Positions 1 to 11,960 of a stretch of 64,000 nucleotides of DNA are shown here, in pieces. Both the position numbers and the translations under genes were made by a program. This DNA is from Geosiphon pyriformis uo1 (lineage: Eukaryota; Fungi; Glomeromycota). How positions within the stretch are numbered: position 1 is the stretch's first letter; every line of letters starts with the position of its first letter. The notes below the pieces were generated by a model, which was not told the DNA's origin, did no database searches, and saw nothing but the letters and a program-made list of their open reading frames with translations. The DNA is taken from assembly GCA_016748015.1 (NCBI GenBank), contig JAAOMT010000226.1, forward strand, positions 1,098,604 through 1,162,603, given 5' to 3'.

Positions 1-241
1 AGGAGCTTACCAGCAACAGCCCATGATAGCCAACCTGAATTGGTGTTCCAAGACCCAAAATCAGCCTATGTGGAACCAGAACACGTTGGTCTAGAGGAAT
101 CCAAACTGCACCAGAACCAATCAGCAAACCAATCCAAACTACCAAAATTATCAACAAACTTACCTTAATATACCAGAAAATCTAATCATTAGAAACAATG
201 ATGGTAGAAACATAAACAGAACCAAAAATTTTTCCAACAAA

Positions 242-3200
242 TTGAGCCAGACAATATCACCAGCAGTTGCCACTAAAGATAGCAGCCTCGCAGCTATTTT
301 TTCTTTTGAATTAGAGGAAAATGAGGCTATGTTCAGTGGAGCAGCATTGGACGAAAAATGCCCAATCATTGCTATGTATACGGAAGCCACTGTAAACAAT
401 ACCCCAATTAAACTTATCTTAGACAGTAGATCCACTGGAAGCATTGTAACGCTTCAACTAGTAAACCAACTGGGTTTCAAAGTTGATCATGCTGCAATGT
501 CCCAAATCATAACAGCCAATAGAAGTACAAAGCTGCCTTATAGCGAAATTGACTTATTTCCTTTCAAAATTAATGACATAGTAATACCTATAAAAGTATT
601 AGTAATGGATGCTACACAATATCAAGTGTTAGTAGGGAATGACTGGCTAACAAAAGCCAACACCACCTTAGACTGGACCACCCAAAAGCTTCTGATCAAT
701 TATAATGGCCACCAGGCCAAAATTTCAGCCACCTGTGGCCACTTCCAAAAACCCAGCGCCAACCAAAGACCTACCTTCGAATTTGAGAAAAATCCAGCAC
801 TACCAGCCATCAAAACCTATCAGCTTTCTTGGGCTGATGACCAAAGAACAGGACTACCAATCATACCAATATGGACCAGTGAAGAAAGATTTGAATGAAA
901 CCAGGTAAGTTCATGAAAAAACTACCAGCAATGCAGACCAAAGCTAGAATGCTCAGTTTGCAAGAAAAAACTCTTGTCTATGACTACATGCAGTGCACCA
1001 GACGAAGACCCAAAAAACCCCACCCACTACTATTGTAACTGTTGTAACAAAAAAAAATATGGTTACTCAGAAAGACACAGAAAATGGGATAAGGAATCGT
1101 GCCTCGCTTGTAAAAAACCATTACCAAGAGAGTGCGATTGGAACAACATACCAGGCAGAGGAGGAACGTGTGATGCAACTTGCCAATACACAATCCTCAT
1201 CTGTAACTGGGTAAGAGGAGGAACGCCGTTCGAAGCAGCGTTCAACAGAGCATTAAAAAGACTACAGCACTACTCACACAACGAGAACAAGTTGTACAAC
1301 ACCACACAAGCCAAAGTAAGAGGAGAAACTGCTGAAGAAATACGATGTTGGAAAGAGTCAGCTGAAGTAGCCGACGAAGTCGCCAGCTACAACATATTTG
1401 ACCCAGTGGACAAATTTCAGAACTACTACCAACAACTATGCCTCACTCGACAAGAGCAAGAACAATATCTCGCCCAAATCAACACTTACTTCTGTGAAAA
1501 CTGTCTCATCCTGTGCCAAAATCAGTGCTGTAAAAAGTGTCAAGACAAAAGGGACTTAGAAAGAAAAATGGAAATTGAGAATCAGCAGTCTCAAAATCAA
1601 TCAATAAATCAACAAGACTTACCTGATGGTCCTGATTCAGAAAAATTTGTAGCCTATACCGACCTAGAACAGGTGACCAATATCTGATACTTCGACAATA
1701 AACACTTAGGAATAATACCCAAAAGAGCCCATCCAACCGACACCGGATTCGATCTACATTATCTGGAAGACCAATTCACAACGTTACCACCCAGAAGCAT
1801 CACCAAAATTGACCTAAAAATAGCAGTTAAAATTCCGCCAGGAATAATGATTCAAATAGTGTCGCAATCAAGCCTTGCAAAAAAAAGAATAAGCATTCAA
1901 GGAGGAGTAATTGACTCCAGATACACTGAAAATTTGATGGTTTTGCTACAGAACAATTCAGAAAAGCCTTATATCATTGAATCTAAAAAAAAGATTGCAC
2001 AAGCAATTTTTCTACTATTGGTAAAAATTGGGAAATTCGTGCCAGTGAAAAATTGTGAGGAATTGTCACAAACAACGAGAGGAACTTTTGGTTTCGGATC
2101 GACAGGAAAAGAAATTAAAGCAAATTTTACTGAAACAATAGAGGAAAAAGGTGAAGTAATTAAAAATGAGCGGTCTATTATGCTTTTACTATATGAAAAA
2201 TCAGAAATAAGAATAAAAAAGACAATTAAAAAAAAAACCTAATATTTGAGCCCTACCCAGAAACTTGCCAACAGTTTCTCATAGAACTTACTAACCTTTT
2301 TATTCCAGCTGATAAAGCTCAATGGATAAAAATTCCTATCGCAAACACCACAGAAGAACTCATCTACATTCTGGAAGATACTATCATTGGATACCTCAGA
2401 ATGGAGCTAGAAAACGCATCAACACCACAAGAAATTCTAAATTTTCCAGAAATTGCCCTTTACTGTAAACTCACTTCAATAAATTGGCAACAACCATTAG
2501 AATGTTATCAATTTACACCAGAAGAATTGGCCAAATTAAACATTGGAACAATGGATCCTAACCAACAGCGACAATTAAAAGCATTAATTTTAAAATACTC
2601 TGATATATTTTCACAAAATAGCAAATTTGGAAGAACCAACTTGGTTCAAAACCAAATTCCCACTGGAGACGCCAGACCTGAAAAACAACACGCTTACCAT
2701 GTTCCACCAATAGAGCATAATTTTATCAGAGAAGAAGTTCAAAACATGTTAAAAAAAGGAATAATATAATTATCAATGAGCCCATGGTCCTTACCAGTTG
2801 TTTTAGTAAAGAAAAAGAATGGAAAAATTAGATTTTGCATCAACTATCACAAACTAAACAGCAAAACAACCAAAGACTCATACTCAATACTGTTAATTGA
2901 TGAAATCTTTGACATTTTTGAAGGAGCAAAATGGTTTTCTACACTGGACTTGACCAGTGGGTACTGACAAGTAGAAATAGACCCAAAGGACAGGCATAAA
3001 ACAGCATTCACAACACAAAATGGCAATTATGAGTTCAATGTAATGCTATTTGGATTAACAAATGCTCCCACGACATTCCAAAAACTAATGGATGTAATTT
3101 ACTCCAGAATCTTGTGACAATTCGTTGTTGTCTACTTGGATAATACAAATGTTTTCTTGTCAAAATTCACAGATCATCTTCAATATTTACAACAAGTTTT

Positions 3201-3939
3201 TGAGAGATTGAGACACGCTGGACTTAAACTAAATCTAGAAAAATGTTTCTTTGGGAAAAATGAGCTAGCATTTTTAAGACACGTAGTTGGAAAAGATGGA
3301 ATAAAACCAGATCCATCAAAAATAGACAAAGTGAAAAATTTTCCAGTACCTCGAAACATTTCAGAAGTTAGAAGCTTTTTAGGACTTGCATCTTACTACT
3401 GCCACTTTGTAGAAAACTTTTCAAACATCGTCAAATCCTTTAATTACCTACTATCCAAAAATGTGAAGTTTGAATGGACTAAAGCACAACAAAAAGCTTT
3501 TGAGTACCTTAGACAAAAGCTTATTGAATTACCAATAATGATCTATTTGAATTTCAACAAGAAATTCATTTTGGCTACAGATGCCTCTGGAACTGGACTT
3601 GGAGCCATTCTGTCACAAAAAAATGATAATAGAAGAGAACGTGTAATCGCTTATGCCAGCAGAAGTCTCAGTACAGCAGAACAAAACTATGCAGTATATG
3701 AACTTGAATGCTTAGTAGTAGTCTGGAGTTGTGTTCACTTTAACACATATTTACGGTACTAGCCCTTTGAGATTACCACAAATCATAGAGGTCTGGTCTG
3801 GTTAAATAACAAGAAAATGCTAAAAGGAAAATATGCCAGATGGTCACAAATGTTAGCACTATACGATTATATTATCAAATACAAAGAAGGTACCAAAAAT
3901 GCTAATGCTGACTGTTTGTCAAGAATGAGACATACATAA
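242..3939 (+). pseudogene. Copy A PR-Cys-rich-dUTPase-RT-RNase H polyprotein, broken by stops and one frameshift
   Basis: ORFs 242, 974 and 1847 share a frame; frame shifts at the poly-A run near 2230; ORFs 2401, 2776 and 3136 share a frame; ends ...SRMRHT* at 3937-3939. Confidence 0.9.
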
Positions 3940-3968
3940 AAATCACCAACCCATCTGCCACAACAACA

Positions 3969-5348
3969 ATGAACAACCACCTTTATAAAAACCTCAGCCA
4001 ATACTTGGAAACACTACAAATAGACAAAGAAATACCAGTAAAAGAACTAATTAAACTCCAAAACTTAGCAAAACACTATTTCATCTAAAATCACATACTT
4101 TATTACTGGAATCAACAAAATCCAGATAATCTATTAAGAGTTATAACCACAGATGAAAAAGAAACTATCTTATTTAACATGCACTCAGATATTTATTCAG
4201 ACCACTTTGGAAAAACAGCAACCATCCAATGTGCAACTAGCCATTACTATTGGCCAAAAATGAGTTCAGTCATAATCCAATACATAAGAAATTGTGACCT
4301 ATACCAACAAAAAGGAGGAGCAAAAACAACGGAATTATTAAGACCAATAAAAGTTGGATAGCTATTTGACAGAATTGGAATTGATTTAGTTGGACCCTTA
4401 CCAATAACAACAAAAAACAACCATTATATTGCAGTAGCCATAGACTATCTCACCAAATAGTCAGAAACTAGAACTATTAAAACAGCTGATGCTATTTCTG
4501 TAGCTCAATTCGTACATGAAGACTTAATTTGCTGGCATAGATGTCCACAAGAATTGCTATCAGATCAAAGCACACACTTCGTAAACAGCACTTTAAAAGA
4601 ACTTAGCCAAAAATTTGGAATTAAGCGACTACTGTCATCACCATACTACCCTCAAACAAATGGATTAGTTGAAAAATTTAATTGCACATTATGCAAATCA
4701 CTGATGAAAATTAGTAATAAACATGAAAAAAAATGAGATTTGTTCATACCAGCAGTACTACTAGTATATAGAACAGTAAAACAAGATACTACACAATTCA
4801 CACCATTTGAACTAGTTTATGGAAAAAAAGCCACATTACCAGTTGAACTTACTATCCCAACTTATCCAAGTGACACTATCACAGAAGCAACATTCCAGGA
4901 AACACTACTTAGAAGAACATACAAATTAATGGGAACTTTAGAAAACAAAAAATGAAAAGCAGCACAAAATATTGAACAATCACAAAAACAACAAAAAATG
5001 AGACATAATAACCAGTTACCAGATAATATAATTAGCTACAAAATTGGAGATAAAGTATTGTTGCATCGTACAAAAATGGAAAAACAATGGAGTGGAAAAT
5101 TTGATCACAAGTGAGATGGATCATTTTATATTCATAAAATACTTGGAAATGGAGCATACAAGCTAAGACTAGATGATAAAATATTAAGAAAAGCAGCACA
5201 TGGTAACCGGCTGAAATTCTATTACAGTAAACCAGTAATAACAACAAAAACACCCAGAATTGGAACACAATTACCTTTAATTCTACCAGAACAAATTCCA
5301 CAAGATTTAGAACCAATAGTTTTAATTGAACATTATTCAAAAAGATAA
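3969..5348 (+). pseudogene. Copy A integrase ORF (own ATG, different frame from RT-RH)
   Basis: ATG at 3969 is in frame with ORFs 4179, 4554 and 4740; motifs MHSD..HFG..C..YQ and GIDLVGPLP; DDE core; stop at 5346-5348. Confidence 0.85.
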
Positions 5349-6101
5349 TTAATCTTAGATCACAACAAAAATGATTTAACAACCATAAAAACACATGCAA
5401 AAGATTCCAAAATAGCAGTCAAAATTAAAACAATAATACTTATTCCAGAAAACATCAACAATATAACTCAACAATTAGTTGAAAGCTTACAACAATTAAA
5501 ATCCGATCTGAAAATCACAGTTAATAGCTCCAAAATAACATACATAAAAAAAACAATAGAAAATCCAAAAACAAGAAAAGAACATAATTTTGAACCATAT
5601 AATATTGCCAAATATAACAACAAATTTATCAGCAAAGTTATTGAAAAATTAGAGATAGCATTGGGCAATACATTAATAATAGAAGAAATAAAAATAAGTG
5701 AATTAACACCAGACACATTTAGCAACTTGAAAACAAAATTTCCAATTAATTACTATTATTATCAACTAGGAAAGCACTTAAACATACAAACATTATACTT
5801 AAAAGACTCAACTAGAGTGTTTGACAAAACAACTATCCAACTATTAGAATCTTTCATTGGAAAAACCAACACTACATTCCATTCAAAAACAGTTTACAGA
5901 ATTTTCAAAGCATTTGAAAACTGTCACAAATTATTGTTGGACCCAACCATAAACATAATAATAACCAACAGTATTGGACGACTTACCAATTTGCAATTTC
6001 AAGAATTACAACAATAAATTAATAACACAGTATTAAACCGCTATAGTAACTTAGAATTTAATGAAGAAATTAACTTCGATTTCAATGGAGCTCAATCTTG
6101 A
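5349..6101 (+). pseudogene. Copy A ORF3 of unknown function, between integrase and PPT
   Basis: Frame is open except for one TAA (6015); ends DFNGAQS*; homologous ORFs in copies B and C. Confidence 0.7.
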
Positions 6102-6114
6102 AAGGAGGGGATAA

Positions 6115-6891
6115 TGTTACAGTTTAAGAATTTAGCAAAAGAATCATAAAAATAATATAAACTATTCAATCATAATATAACACAGTAATAATCTTAGAAA
6201 GATAATGATTAACATAGTAGCAAACACCATTTCGCAATAGTGGCAAGCACCAGTTTACAATAGCAGCCAACACCAACTGGTAATAGCAGCAAACACCAGG
6301 TTGAAATATCAAAAAGAAAATATTACAATGTGTTTTCTCGTAAAACTACAAACATGTATATATACAGTAGCTTTAATATTGGGAAAAAACAATCAAGTAA
6401 TAAAAATCATAACTTATCAAGCAATAGATCCAATTTTATCCAACAAACTTCACTTTAAATCATATTTTCAATTTAAATATCCCAAGAAACCTTTAAATCA
6501 AAAAGAAATGAAAAAGAATATTTAAAACTGAATTATCACAACCCAAAGTATTAAGAAACTTACTTGTATTATTTATTGAATGAAACTATCATTCATCAAC
6601 TGAATTCCTTGGAAGAATAATCCTTGATCAAGATTATTCATATTGTTATTAATTGATAAAAGCTTTATTGTAAGAATTAGAAAAAGTGCTAAAAGCCATT
6701 AACATTCTGTGTTTCTAGATTAAAGAAACACATCAGGCAATTGCAAGGATAGCCTCAAAAAAGACTCCAGACAGTGAGTAGATTTCAGTTCAGCCTCTAA
6801 GAAGAAGTACATAAACACACACAACAATCAGAAATTGAAGAATAACTTACATTGCAACATTAAAAAGAAAGCCTTCAGTATAACAGTAACA
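6115..6891 (+). repeat. 3' LTR of copy A (~777 bp)
   Basis: Starts TGTTAC just after the PPT and ends GTAACA; ~20-bp AGCAAACACCA repeats in U3. Confidence 0.8.
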
Positions 6892-9800
6892 TTATCACAC
6901 AAATAGAATTAAGGAACTCACAAAAGACTAATTGCAATTAAAACGGAATATCAGCAATTAAATATAACAAAAAAACCATCCCATAACATCATGTTCAATA
7001 AAAAATAGAACTTTCACCATTTAAATATATCATACACTACAAAAAAGAAAATAGAAATGGAAATGCTAATGGTTTATTACAAATAAGACAAATTTAAGAA
7101 CACTTTAACCCAAAAATATAACAAAAAATGAATAAACAAAAATATCAACAACTTCAACATTTTATAAATACCCAATGGTTCAAGAAGAAATTATCTCAAA
7201 AGGAACAAAACCATATCAAACAACAGTCCAAATATTTTATTACTTACCAAAATATATTTTATTAGAAAAACATAAAGAATTCAGATCAACCAACTAGAGT
7301 AATCATGAAATCAGAAAAAGAAACAATATTATTTAACATGTACTCTGATCCAACAGCAGGACATTTTCACAAAGAAGCAATCATAAAAAGAACCAAAAAT
7401 AGATACTATTAGCCATTTATGTACCCAAATATCATCTAATACATGCAAAATTGTGATGCTTGTCAGAGAAGAGAAGAAACAAGACCTAACAAGCCATTAA
7501 GACCAATTAAAGTAAGACAACCATTAGAGCAGATTGAAATTAACTTAGTCAGATCATTAACAATAATTAGCAGAAGGAACAAATACATTGCAGTAGCCAT
7601 GGATTATCTCATTAAATGGCCAGAAGCAAAAGCAATTCAAAAAGCAGATGCAGAATCCATTGCTGAATTCATCCATCAAGATCTGATTTGTCGACATGGA
7701 TGTCTAAAAGAATTATTATCCGACCAAGAAACTCACTTTGTGAATAGAACATTAACAAAACTGAGTCAAAGATTCAGAATGAAAAGACCATTATTATCGC
7801 CATATTACCCACAAACCAATGGATTAATCGAAAGATTCAATAGAATATTGTGTGAAGTGATAGCCAAGATCAGCCAAAAAAACCAGAATGAATGGGACTT
7901 ATTCATACCATCAATACTATTTGCTTATCAGACAATGAAGCAAGATACTACACAAGCAATACCATTTGAATTAGTATACAGTAGAACAGCAACACTACTA
8001 GTTAAGATAGAAGTTAATACATATCCAATAGAACCAATAACAGAAGACAATTTTTAAGAAACATTGCTAAAAAGAACATATGATATAATGGAAACACTAG
8101 AAAACAAATGGCAAAGAGCAGCTGATAACATTAAAAAATCACAAGAAAAACAAAAAGAAAGACATGATAACCAACTACTAGATAAACTAGTCAAATTCAG
8201 AATTGGAAACAAAGTACTATTATATCATACCAAAGTGGAAAAACAGTGGAATGGAAAGTTTGATCTAAAATGGAACGGACTATTTCACATACATGAAATT
8301 TTAGGAAACAGATCTTACAAGTTATGATTAGAAAACAGAATTCTGAAAAGGACAGCACATGAAAATTATTTAAAAATTTATCAAACACAAGGATTGACAT
8401 CAGTAGAACTACAACTAGGAACACAAATTCCATTAATCAGACCAGAAGATATACCATGAAATATAGAACCAATGATAATTATCAAGACATAGCTACACAC
8501 ATGCCAAAATTCAGATATTACACACATATAAGCCTCAAGACTACAAAAAAGGGAATGATAGAAATTTCAAACATGGATTTTTCAGACAAAATTTTAAAAT
8601 TATTTAAACAATTATTTAACAAAATTCAAAAATCTACATCTCAAATAAAAATTATAATCAATAAAAAAGAGATAAAATATAGAGATAAAGAGAAGAGAAG
8701 GATGGGCAAGAGTTCAATTAAAACTAACTATTTCTATCCCTACACTTCACTCAGGAAGAAAATTTTACAAAAAAGAATTAAATATACTTCTCGGGCAGAA
8801 CATGGAGAAAAAAAAGGAAAGGAAGAAAAAGAAGTGGAAAAATTAGATAGAAGACAAAAACAATTATATACAACATACTTGGCTCTCAAGTTAAAGAAAA
8901 TTAAAAAATCTTTAGCTCGTGGGACTGAACTCTCCAAAACAGGGAAGTAGATACCAGATAATGTCCAGAAGTGGAAAGAAAGACTCCCTCCAATATATTG
9001 GTTTTACAAAATCAGAGAACAACTAGACTTAGAAAACCTATACAGAGACTACAACCAGAAAACTTTCAACAAAAAAGCAATGTGACAAGTAGAAGAATTC
9101 ATAAGAAAAAACAACCTGATACTATACTACAAGACAACATGTTAATTATACATTACTTTTCAACATTGTCCAAACGTACTATTGGATAGATCTTTGAAAA
9201 AAATAATAGTCAACAACATAAGACAAATAACCAATCAACAGTTTGAAGATCTACAAAAAGCCATAGTTAATATAACCATCAAACATTACACGAATGAAAT
9301 TTTATCAACAGACATAACTGATTTCACAGAAGCTCAATATTAAAAAAGGAGGAAATAATGTTATTTGAAGAAAGAAAGCCTATCAAAGAAAGAAGAAAAA
9401 ATGTAACTTAAAGAAAAACATGATGAAACATGAAGGAACACAAAATAGTACACAATAACATTGGATAATATGTTATAATGTTGAATAACGCATTATAATG
9501 TAGGATAATGCATTATAATATAGAATAATGTGTTATAATACGGGATAACATAGAATAACATATAATAACGTCAGATAACATGTTATAACATAAGATAATT
9601 AGTTATAACATAAGAAAAATAAAGCAATAGCTAACAAGAACAGACAATCCAAAACAATCTTGTAAAACTAGAAAATACATATATATAGCAGTAGCATTAA
9701 AAGCAGAAGGAAGGGCAGAGAGAAAAATAAAATTCTTTAGTTACCATTCTCTAGTTAGAAACCATAGCATTCCAAAATATTAATAAATATACTTATTTAG

Positions 9801-10302
9801 TATCTCAAATCCAGTTGTTTGCTATCAATCTTAAATGATGATAATAATTAATACTTAAAACACATGAGAACAATAGCTCTTGATCATGACTATTGATGGG
9901 ATACTAATTTACATTGCCTTGGCTTATTGTCTTTATTTTCTTTATCTTTTTTATTTTTTTGTCTTTATTTTGTTGGGTATACTAATTGATTGAGAATTAA
10001 AGTAGTAAGTATTGATGTTAAAAATTGCCTGGTAAAAAACTTCTGCAAGTGGGTAGAATGTATAAAAATTACAGATTGCTTACTAGAGGATTATTGGCCA
10101 CTACACTAAGAAAAAAATTGATGGAATTGTGATTCCGGAAAGCTATAAAAAAAAATAATATGGGAATCTCTGTCTATTATACAAAGAACTTCAATCAAAA
10201 TCTTCTGATCGAAACACCTTTAGATATTATTAATGTTATCAATTAAACACCAAGTTACAGGTTTGTTATTTGCTTTAAGACTCCAAATAATCATCTGTAA
10301 TA
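6892..10302 (+). mobile_element. Ty3/Gypsy copy B, 3' part (RNase H tail, integrase, ORF3, PPT, LTR); interrupted by copy A
   Basis: RNase H tail NANGLLQIRQI* at 7062-7097; integrase ATG 7128 with CDACQR and PQTNGLIERFN; ORF3 8501-9343; PPT aaaaaggagg. Confidence 0.9.
9359..10302 (+). repeat. 3' LTR of copy B
   Basis: TGTTAT...TCTGTAATA (decayed TGTTAC/GTAACA); shares R/U5 blocks (aacaatagctcttgatcatga; caccaagttacaggtttgttatttg) with the other LTRs. Confidence 0.8.
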
Positions 10303-10569
10303 ATATCATAAAAATATTTAAGACTTTTTGTTAAATTATACAATACAAATTTGACTTTATTTAATAAAATTAGAAATTTATTAAAAATCATATATTAATT
10401 GTTAGTAGTACAATAACTTTACAAATCTTTAATCTTCTTTTTACAAAAACTGTAAACAAAAAAAACATATAATTTATAGAACAATATTTAAATTTAATTT
10501 ATTGTGTATTTGTATTAAAAATTTTATTTAGTTAATGTGTATTTATACTAATATGTAATGTGTATTGTT

Positions 10570-11092
10570 TTATATACAATATATAAATAATATTACATAA
10601 GATTTTTTTGTTAATTACTTGATATAAATATATTAATTACTTTTATATTATTAACAATCCATGTTAATAAAATCCAATACTTAATCATACTAGACTAATA
10701 ACTCTTAATTACAATTATTAACAAGATACTAATTTCTTATTTTTATTTTATTTTATTTTATTTTTATTTTTTATTATTTTTTTATTGTTTACTAATTAAT
10801 CAAAGAATTAAGTACTAAGTAATTAATATTAAGGATAGCCTGATAAAAAACTCATAAAAAAACTTAAGAATAGCTTACCAAAAGAGCATAACTACCAAAA
10901 TAAACCAGTCATCATGCTAAAAAAAAAAATTTATGGAAAAAACCATCAATTAAATTTCTGTTTATTATACAAAAAACTTAACCAAAACTTTTAAACTTTA
11001 AAACCTTCAGAAATCACCATTATCAACAGCTATTGAGCACCAAGTTACAGATTTGTTATTTGCTTTAACATCCTAAATAATTATCTGTAACA
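10570..11092 (+). repeat. Partial decayed LTR, same family (5' boundary approximate)
   Basis: Same R/U5 blocks; ends aataattatctgtaaca. Confidence 0.7.
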
Positions 11093-11883
11093 GTATTTTG
11101 ACTTGTATATAGTTATTGGTTTTATTAATAAAACATTTACTGGTTTGTATTTGTACTTTATAAAGGCTTTGTATTGCTATTTGCCTGTTACTATTTGTAA
11201 ACACTTGTACAATAAAAAATATTCTAACATTTTGTGTCTTTATTATAAGAAAATAAAATTTTTTGATCATTTTTTCACATGTAAATCAAATTTTGCTGTT
11301 TGTAAGAAGTTGATCAAATTACATATAGCTCTGTGGAATTTTATTTCAAATTTGAATCTGTTATCTTCTTATGTTTCACAGTTGCTCTCTTTATGTGCAT
11401 CTGATAATGCTGTTTATACTGCTTTGTGCAAGAATGTTGTGTTTAAAAAATGGTATTTAAAGGCTCTATCTGTTTTTGGTTGCTCCCAGGTTGCCATTAA
11501 AAAAATTGTTGGTTTTGTGTGTGGTTTGAGTGTGGCTTACCATGAAGAAATATGGTTGGTGGTCTAAATATAGAGAAAAATGGTTTGGTTTTTGTGATGG
11601 CGCTATGTCCCCGATGGTACATGGTTTTGGTGTCTTTGCTTTCTGATGGTGTTATCAAGTTGCTTGGGATTACGGAGGCGCATGGTGTTAGTTTTGGTAC
11701 GCGCAAGTTTTGTGCTCTTTTTTCTGGGATCGGTTGTGATGTTTCCGTTAAGATAGATCTGTAGTGTTGCTCTGATCGGCTCGAGTGGCTGGTCACGTGT
11801 AGAAAGTGCATGATTCGCGCCTAGTTTAGATCACCTAGTTTGATGTATTGTGCTAGATGGCACTCGTTAAAAAAATAAAAAAA
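11093..11883 (+). mobile_element. 3' fragment of LINE (ORF2 C-terminus, 3' UTR, poly-A)
   Basis: Aligns by eye to 49610-50430 and to the minus strand at 21800-22620; shared 3' UTR gtggctggtcacgtgtagaaagtgcatgattc; A-tail at ~11869-11884. Confidence 0.9.
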
Positions 11884-11960
11884 ATGCTTTTTGAATGTTT
11901 TTTTACAGTTAATACATTTCCCATCATTTACGAAATAAATTATTTTCTGCGTTACTTGTC

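Larger units (their letters stand above)
1..6891 (+). mobile_element. Ty3/Gypsy LTR retrotransposon copy A (5' part outside window; decayed): PR, Cys-rich region, dUTPase, RT, RNase H, separate integrase ORF, ORF3, PPT, 3' LTR
   Basis: Protease LILDS(G>R)STGS at ~410-440; dUTPase 1712-2107; RT SPWSLPVVLVKKKNGKIRFC, LDLTSGY, FGLTNAPTTFQ, VYLDN; RNase H ATDASGTGLGAIL...NANADCLSR; integrase HHCC plus core SPYYPQTNGLVE and a GPF/Y-type tail; PPT aaaggagggg at 6101-6110. Confidence 0.95.

Noticed and set aside
5100-5348. Chromodomain at the integrase C-terminus
   Set aside because: The tail after the GPF/Y-like motif is short and lacks recognisable chromodomain residues.
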